NCBI GenBank assembly: GCA_951406725.2
Contig: OX597830.1
Location: forward strand, 36,022,001 to 36,086,000
From: Octopus vulgaris
Taxonomy: Eukaryota
Direction of reading: 5' to 3'
Length of the DNA: 64,000 bases
The notes under the pieces were generated by a model, which was not told the DNA's origin, made no database searches, and saw only the letters and a program-made list of their open reading frames with translations. The position numbers and the translations under genes are program-made. Positions 55,769-64,000 of this stretch are shown in pieces. Position 1 is the first letter of the stretch; every line of letters starts with the position of its first letter.

Positions 55769-56124
55769 CATTATTATTGTTATTATTACTATCATTATTA
55801 TTATTATTATTACTATTATTAATATCATTATTATTGTTATTATTATTATCATTATTACTGTTGTTGTTGTTGTTTCTGCTGTTACTGTTATTGTTGTTAT
55901 TAATAATACTAATAATGATAATAATAATAATAATAATATTGTTATTATTATTATCGTCCTCATCTTCAGCGTCGTCATCTTCTTCCTCAATATCTTTATC
56001 ACCATCATCATTGTCAAATATCATTAATATTATCGCCTACCATTATTGTTAACTCATCACCATCGTCATCATCATCATCAACATCATCATCATCATCATC
56101 ATTACCATCATCTTTATCATCATT

Positions 56125-56155
<31 letters not shown>

Positions 56156-56386
56156 CCACCATCATCATCATCATCCTCCATCATCATAATCATCATCATC
56201 ATCAGTGTCATCGTCGTCGTCGCCGTCATTCGTCCCCCATCATATTCATCGTCATCGTCACCATCATCATTATTACCATCATCATCAGCATAATCGTCAA
56301 TATTCTTATCATTGCCATATTTTATTATTACTGTTATTATCACCGTGATCTTCATTATCAATATAATTTCCATTTTTAGCTTTTAC

Positions 56387-56419
<33 letters not shown>

Positions 56420-56475
56420 GCACTACTACTACTATTACTACTACTACTACTACTACTACAACTAGCAGTAGTAGC

Positions 56476-56533
<58 letters not shown>

Positions 56534-56625
56534 AAATAAGGAGGAGGAGTCGTGGTTTTTTGTGGTGATTGTCATGGTAGTGGTGTGGGTAATGAAGGTG
56601 AGGATGGTGCTGCTGCTGTTGTTGC

Positions 56626-56659
<34 letters not shown>

Positions 56660-56972
56660 TGATGATGGTGGTGTTTGTAGATGCACTAGTAATATGCAAT
56701 TAATAGCTGTATTAAATATTTACCAATATTTCTACTATTACTACGATTACTACTTTTCAGGATTTTTTTACAATGTTTTTTATTTGTTCTTTTTTCCCCC
56801 ATCAGATTTTAATTTAAATTTAGCTTTAGTAACTATTAAAGCACATAAGGTGTGCCTGAGATAAGAAATTTCGAAAATAAAATTAATAAAGAAATAAAAT
56901 ACGAATAAAAATGGAATAAGTGAATAACAATAATAACACCGTAACAATACCCAATGAGAGTCACGCTGATGG

Positions 56973-57019
<47 letters not shown>

Positions 57020-57585
57020 ATTACGACGATGACGTCGACGAGGAGGAGGAAGAGGAGGTGGAGGAGAAGAAGGCGGATGTTGATGCTGTCGGTGACGATG
57101 ATGAGGAGGAGTACGAGGACGATCACGAGGTGGATGCTGATGCTGTCGAGCTGTCGATGACAATAATGATGACGATGATGATGATGAGGAGGAGGAGGAG
57201 GAGGAGGATGTTGATGCTCTCGATGACGATGATGATGATGATGACGATGATGATGATGATGATGATGATGACGATGATGATGATGATGATGATGACGACG
57301 ATGATGATGATGATGATGATGATGGTGACGATGATGATGATGCCGGTGATGATGATGACGATGATGATGACGACGACGACGATAACGATAATGATGATGA
57401 TGATGATGATGATGATGATAAGGAGGAGTAGGATGTTGATGATGTCTTTAGCAATATTTAGGTTTTTGTTAAACATTGCTTCCTAGGTTTTTTTATAGTT
57501 GATGATGATGATTGTGATGATGACGATGACGATGATGATCATAGTAATAATAATAATAATAAAAACAATAGTAACAATAATAATA
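55690..57585. repeat. Compound triplet-repeat domain (ATT, CAT, CTA, then TAG, GAT, AAT)
   Basis: Direct inspection. Confidence 0.9.
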
Positions 57586-57586
57586 A

Positions 57587-58243
57587 TCCTTTCTACTATA
57601 GGCACAAGTCCTGGCCTGGAATTTGTGGGGAGGAGTTTGTTAATTTCATCGACCTCTGTGACTTTTCTGGTACTTGATTTATCGAACCCGGAAAGGTTGA
57701 AAGGCAACGTTGACCTCGGCGGAATTTGAACTCAGAACATTAAGACGGACGAAACGCCGCTAACCATTTTGCCCGATGTGTTAACAAATCTGCCAGCTTG
57801 TCGCCTTAGTTGTGACAAGAAGAAGAAGAAGAAGAAGAAGAAGAAGAAGAAGAAGAAGAAGAAGAAGAAGAAGAAGAAGAAGAAGAAGAAGAAGAAGAAG
57901 AAGAAGAAGAAGAAGAAGAAGAAGAAGAAGAAGAAGAAGAAGAAGAAGAGGAAGAGAAGAAGAAGAAGAAGAATCCTTCTTCTATAAACACAAGGCCTGA
58001 AATTTGGTGGAGAGGGGACTAATCGTTTACATGGACTCCAGTGCGTAACTGGCAATTAATTTATCGACCCCGAAAAGACGAACGGCAAAGCCGAAATCGG
58101 CGGAATTTGAACCCAGAACGTCAAGACGAACGAAGCGCTGCTAAGCTTACTACCAGGCGCGCTAAAGAATCTACCAGCTCGCCACATTTTGATAATAATA
58201 AAAACAATAATAATAATAATTTTAATAATAATAATAATAATAA

Positions 58244-58307
<64 letters not shown>

Positions 58308-58789
58308 CGTAATAGTAATGAATAATAGTTTGGTTATTGTATTATATATAATACATATGAATATATTTATAATGAAAAAATAAATTTATGTAAATATAAA
58401 TATGAAAAGAAAATATCAGAAAATGTAATAACACTAATAATTATAATATAATTACTGAAGGTATGTATGCTGCAATGATGATGATAATGATGGCGGAGAG
58501 GAAGATGATGATGATGATGTTTTCAACGGCACCATCACCACCGCCACTAAAAAAACAACAGCAACCGCTTCAATAATAATAATATTGCCTTCAAAAGGCC
58601 GGCAAGTTTGGAGGAGGAGATGGGTCGATTACACCGACCCAATATGCTCAACCGGAACTTATTTTCTCGGACTATAAACTATAAAAGGCGAAGTCGGCTC
58701 CGGCTGAATTTGAACTCACAACATAAAGACGGACGAAATGCCGCTAAGCATTTTACCTGACATGCTAACGATTCTACCAGCTCCCTGCC

Positions 58790-58843
<54 letters not shown>

Positions 58844-59660
58844 TTCCTGCCAATAATGATAGAGAATGATTTAGGCACAAGGCCAATAACACTTCTTTTT
58901 AATTTCGACACAACACCAGAATTTGGGTGGCAGGGGAATGGATCAGTCGATTTCATCGATATCGGTACTTGACTTGTACCTTATTGTATCGACCTTAAAA
59001 AGACGAAAGGCAAAGCTAACATTGGTCGAATCTGAAGTGAGGACTTTAAGCGACGAAGGGCATTTTCACCGACGGAGTAATAAGTCTGCCACGTCATCAA
59101 AGTCAACAATAATAATGCTTTCCCGTTAAAATAATCGTTTCTCCTAAAGGCACAAGGCCTGAATTTTGGGGAGAGGGAACTAATCGATTACATCGACCCC
59201 TAATGTTTCACTGGTATTTTACCGACCCTGAAAAGGATGAAGGTAGACCTTGGCGGAATTTGAATTCAGAATGTAAAGATGGACGAAATGCCAGGTGCAT
59301 TTTGTCCGGCGTGCTAACAATTCTGCCAGTTCGCCGCCTTCATAATAATAATGATGGTGATGGTTAAAAAGAATACGATGCTGACGACGGCGATGAAGTT
59401 GATAATTGCTGCAATGACGATGATAATGTTAATAATGGTTTCTGATTTAGAGAATAGGCAAACTTCCTTTGAGTTGATGGGTTAATTGAAATAATTGACT
59501 AATACTTGACTGGCCCCATATTGTAACGACCGTGAATCGGTGCAAGGCAAAACTTTACCTCGACGGGATTTAAGGTGAGAACTAAAGCAAGGTAGAAGAA
59601 ATATCGCAAGGCACTTCTGTTTTCCGATGCTTCTAAGATTTTGCCAGTCCAGCAGGCGCT
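57587..59660 (-). mobile_element. Run of about six co-oriented SINE family A copies
   Basis: Units at about 57587-57807, 57974-58185, 58590-58791, 58866-59097, 59135-59340 and (degraded) 59435-59660, separated by triplet repeats. Confidence 0.82.
57817..57973. repeat. (GAA)n array, about 52 units
   Basis: Direct inspection. Confidence 0.95.
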
Positions 59661-61032
59661 TACCATGAATATATTGACTGCTCAAAATTTCCCACTCTCC
59701 TTTTCTCCGTCTTAACAAATTCAGCAAGATATATTCATATATCTATTTGTCAGGACATGTTTCGATATATCATTAGCCCTCTATGATCTCTGCGACAACT
59801 GCCGCTAACATTTAAGGAACGACTGTTGCTACTATGAACGCCCATTGCTGCTACTATGATCGTCCATTGCTGCTACCATTACTTCCATGGACGCTGCATA
59901 CTCGCTGTCCGCACCGAAACCAGCAGTTTTGAATGGATTACCAATTCTTGAACTGTTTACTTCTGATGGTAGCTGTTTTCGCCAGGAATCTAGAAATCTT
60001 CTTAAACCTATTTAGAAGCTCTCCGGCTTCAACATATCAAATTTTCATTTTTTTATCACAAAACTTCAAGAAAATTACATTGTTGGTCTCATGATAGAAA
60101 CACTAGCAGAAGCGCATTCCTTACAGTGCGGCGCCTTTCAGCTGGTTATTAAATAGTACTTGTATAATTGATTCCCATTTTGTGTAACCTTTTTTATTCC
60201 TTTTATATGTCACGTCGTATTTTCTTTTGAATGCTTTGTTCTTCTAATAACATTCGCTCGTTAAATAAATTAACGATAATAGCAAGAACCGAAAGACAGC
60301 TCTAGCATTTATAAAGAAATGAGATATTATGTTAACTTTGCCACATCATAAATTCCTCGCTTTAACATATGTATACATATCGAAAGAGTTAGTACGTTTG
60401 TATGAGATTGAACTGCACTGCACGCCTAGTATGTACTAGAAAAAACATATATTGAAAAACTTACAATAGATTCTGACACATGTGATTGTATATCTTATTA
60501 TTTCCTCTGTATTACATTTCTGACGATAAATATTTGTAGGTTTTAGTATTAATAACTTCTATAAACACACAAATATAGATGTACAGAAATGAGAGATCGT
60601 TCTTTTTTTTTTTTTTTTTTTTCTTAATTCCAGTTCATCACGAACATTAGTGATCTTTGCAAGTAGTATTAACTATCGGAAATATATAACAGATATCATG
60701 TACTATATGAGTAATATGTACAAACATTATGTACGATAACCAAATGTTTTAGTCGTAAGGAAATGAGACAAGTTTATATTTAGTACAACTGACGTAAATT
60801 AAAAAAACATTTTTCCTCTTCGGCTTTCAATTTCATTAACCCTAGAAATATGAAAGGAAACTGTCATCAACATAATTTGGCTAACGCAGTATTAAAATTA
60901 TAATTTAGAGTTATAGTTTAGAGATTTTCTATGTCTGTAGAAAGTAACGCTGGAAATATCTGGGCAACACTTGTAGTTCTACAAGAAATAGGCAAAACTC
61001 AAAATTCTATAAATTGAGTCATTAACATATAG

Positions 61033-61848
61033 TACGCAGTACATTCCAGACGTTTTTAGACTATTTTTGGAGAGACGTTTGTGACTGCTCTAGATTATTA
61101 TAATTTTAGCATATCATTCGTTGTTCCAAATTGAAGGTAACCACTGTACCAATCCTTTGAACACACCTTACTAAACGCTGCTTTCATAACTGACTAGTTT
61201 GCAGAAAGCTCGCTGTGCAATAATATTTTGTGTTAAACTGGGGTAAAAATGCTATTAAAAATTGCGATGTGCTCTAGACTGCATAGGGATTAAAGTTTTA
61301 CCTGGCTCAAGAGGTTGATAGGGAGGATGTGAGAGACGATGAGAGGTATGAGAACATCAGAGGTGGTTGAGAAAATTCGCAATTTTGTGAATGGGGGCTG
61401 GGGTGTGTTTATAAAGACAATAAACATATGGTTTGAAGTTAGTGTTGAAAGTGCACACACAATTATTCATCAAGATCTGAACATGCACAAATTTTGTGCA
61501 AAGTTTGTTCGCACTGTTTTCAGCGACGAACATCCTGGTAAACAAATACTTGATGGAGAAGGGTGTTAAAACTGTCACTTGTCCTCTCTACAGTTCAGAC
61601 CTTGCTCACTGTAACGTTTACTTGTTTCCCAAGCTGAAGACAACCCCAGGAGCAATCGTTTAGAAGATGAAGTAGGTTGTGACAAAAGACCTGGACATCT
61701 TCACTTTAGAGTACTCTCAGAGGCCTTCACGAAGTGGCCGGGGCGCTACAATAAGTGCATTGAAGCGGAAAATCAGGAGTTTAGTGAGTGTACTTCTTTG
61801 AAATTAATAAATGTCTCTCTTTAAAAAAACTGGAACGCACCTTATGTA
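61033..61848 (+). mobile_element. Mariner-family transposon relic, internally deleted
   Basis: AHTIIHQDLNMHKFCAKFV, YSSDLAHCNVYLFPKLK (YSPDLAP relic), AFTKWPGRYNKCIEA. Eroded TA-flanked TIRs. Confidence 0.78.
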
Positions 61849-62183
61849 TGAGAAGCAAAAAAACAAAGAGGGAAGGATGAAAGGCATTAAAAAACTATAT
61901 CGAAGTGGATTAAAATTAGTTTTCTGATTAAATCGTGTAGTTGCAATCTGCAGTAATAAAAGAACTTGACAAACACAATTTAATACAAACAGAAAAAAAA
62001 AAACTATATATTAAAATTGGATATTTTAAGAAGATTCTAGACGGTTTTGAATTTAATAATTGTTTTCTTTTAGTAAAAATTACATAACTAATAAGTAAAC
62101 AGCTTTCTTTATTATCGTATAGATATTACGTAGTTCAAACATTAACTGATACAGAACTTAATATGCTGGGTAAGGTGGACATA

Positions 62184-62438
62184 TATTCTTTTATTTGTTT
62201 CAGTCATTTGACTGCGGCCATGCTGGGGCACTGCATTAAAGTGTTTTAGACGAACAAATCGTTGCTATTTTTAGAGACGTAGCACTTATTCTATAAGTCT
62301 CTTTTGCCAAACCCCTAGGTTAGGGGGACGTAAACACACCATCACCAGTTATCAATAGGTGGTGGAGAACAAATACATACACAGAAACACACATACATAG
62401 ATACATACATATATGCGCATATATATATATATATATAG

Positions 62439-62488
<50 letters not shown>

Positions 62489-62656
62489 GTGTACCAAGAG
62501 CTTCTTTTAGTTACCGTCTACAAATCCACTCACACGGCTTTGGTCGGCCTGAGGCAATGTCAGAAGACACTTGCCCAAAGTGCCACGCAGTGGGACTGAA
62601 CTCAGAGCTCCCTGATTGAAAAGCAAGCTTCTTACCACACAGCCAAGACTGCGCCT
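62184..62656 (-). mobile_element. SINE family D
   Basis: Reverse-complement homolog of 41806-42267, including the internal microsatellite. Confidence 0.85.
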
Positions 62657-63718
62657 AAGGCCACGAATGACCCGTCTTCTTTTCCCTGTCCATCTAATTG
62701 TTGTTTCTCCTGTCCGCCTTTGTATCGTCTATCTGTCCGGGTGTTTCATTGTCCTTTCTGTTTTTATATATATACATATATATATATATACCTGTTCGAA
62801 AATATAAGAACACAGATCGTGTGTCGTAAAACCAGCCTGAGACGTTGTCTCCTGGGGCTAAACAAGAGTAGCATTCGCCCCAAAATGGGAATGCCAAATT
62901 AGTTTGGCAAAAAATCATATATATGAACTTTTTGCTCTTTTGAGCAGATTTGGAAATCGATGTGGTAGGTAGGGTATGCTATAAAACGAAGCTGATCTCG
63001 ATGTTCTACAGTAATAGTATAACATATATCTGTTTTCAAAACAATCAGAGGTTATATTGCCATGCAACTAGTACTAGCCGCGACTCATTGATAATTTTTA
63101 TTGGTTTGAAATTTAATGTTTTTCTTCCTTGAATTCTTCATTCCTAATTCCGTGCCGTAATATGTCTCTTCTCTTTCTGACCACATTTCTGACCTCTACT
63201 CGGCACACGATCAATTAACTGATAAGAGCTGAAGAATCATGAAATTTAAAATTCGTGATCTTACTCCGTTAAAAATCAGTCGGATATGTAAGAAGGGTTC
63301 GATCCTCAAAAGAATGAGCAAATACGTCTCAAAAACATCTTCGAGGAATATTCATTACCCATATTCCTCATCAAATACTGCAATAATTTATCACAAATTT
63401 TCATTCATTCCACGCACTCGTTCTTATATCTCAATTATATATGTAGAGCAAGTGAAAGGGAGAGAGAGAGAGAGACAGACAGAGAAGTTCTATTGACACA
63501 AATCACACGTATACGTAGGTATGAGGGTGTCGTGTACAGAGAAGAAGAGAAAGAAATAGAAAAAGAATGAGAAACAAAAATAAGGTAGATAACGTGCTAG
63601 ATAGAAAGAGAGAAGGAGAAGAATTAAACAGGAGGAGGATATGAAGTCTCATACAAAGATAGGTAAAGAAATCAATAGATAGATGGTACTTAAAATAGCG
63701 AGATAGATATGATACATA

Positions 63719-63777
<59 letters not shown>

Positions 63778-63782
63778 CATAC

Positions 63783-63832
<50 letters not shown>

Positions 63833-64000
63833 ACTTATAAATATATATATATATATATACATGCATATATATATATATATGTACTTATATATATATATAT
63901 GTATGTATGTATATAAGAATGCAATCTATGTATGTATATCACATTACATATAACAATTGCCAATTATTTCGTTATCATATAACCTTGTGGCGATCTCGTG

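Noticed and set aside
59827-59880. 22-bp tandem repeat (about 2.5 copies)
   Set aside because: Ordinary short slippage duplication with no further structure.

Overview
AT-rich, microsatellite-saturated animal DNA, most likely intergenic or intronic. The SINE sequences are recalled as octopus-like, so a coleoid cephalopod origin is an inference. No host protein-coding exon could be supported, and most long ORFs in the track are simple-repeat artefacts. The real coding content is transposon-derived: two nearly identical 5'-truncated Tx1-type LINEs each inserted in a (GATA)n array, three stacked R4/Dong-type RLE LINEs in one (TAA)n array, older Tx1 and Dong relics, a CR1-like fragment, a decayed full-length Tc1 and a mariner relic. 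There are also a mariner MITE split by a small Helitron, Penelope-type hammerhead ribozyme remnants (including an inverted pair) and more than 25 tRNA-derived SINE copies. The most notable signal is a set of microsatellite-specific retroelements: a (TATC)n/(GATA)n-targeting Tx1 family, (TAA)n-targeting Dong families and a non-coding (TAA)n-inserting element. Boundaries of degraded repeats are approximate.
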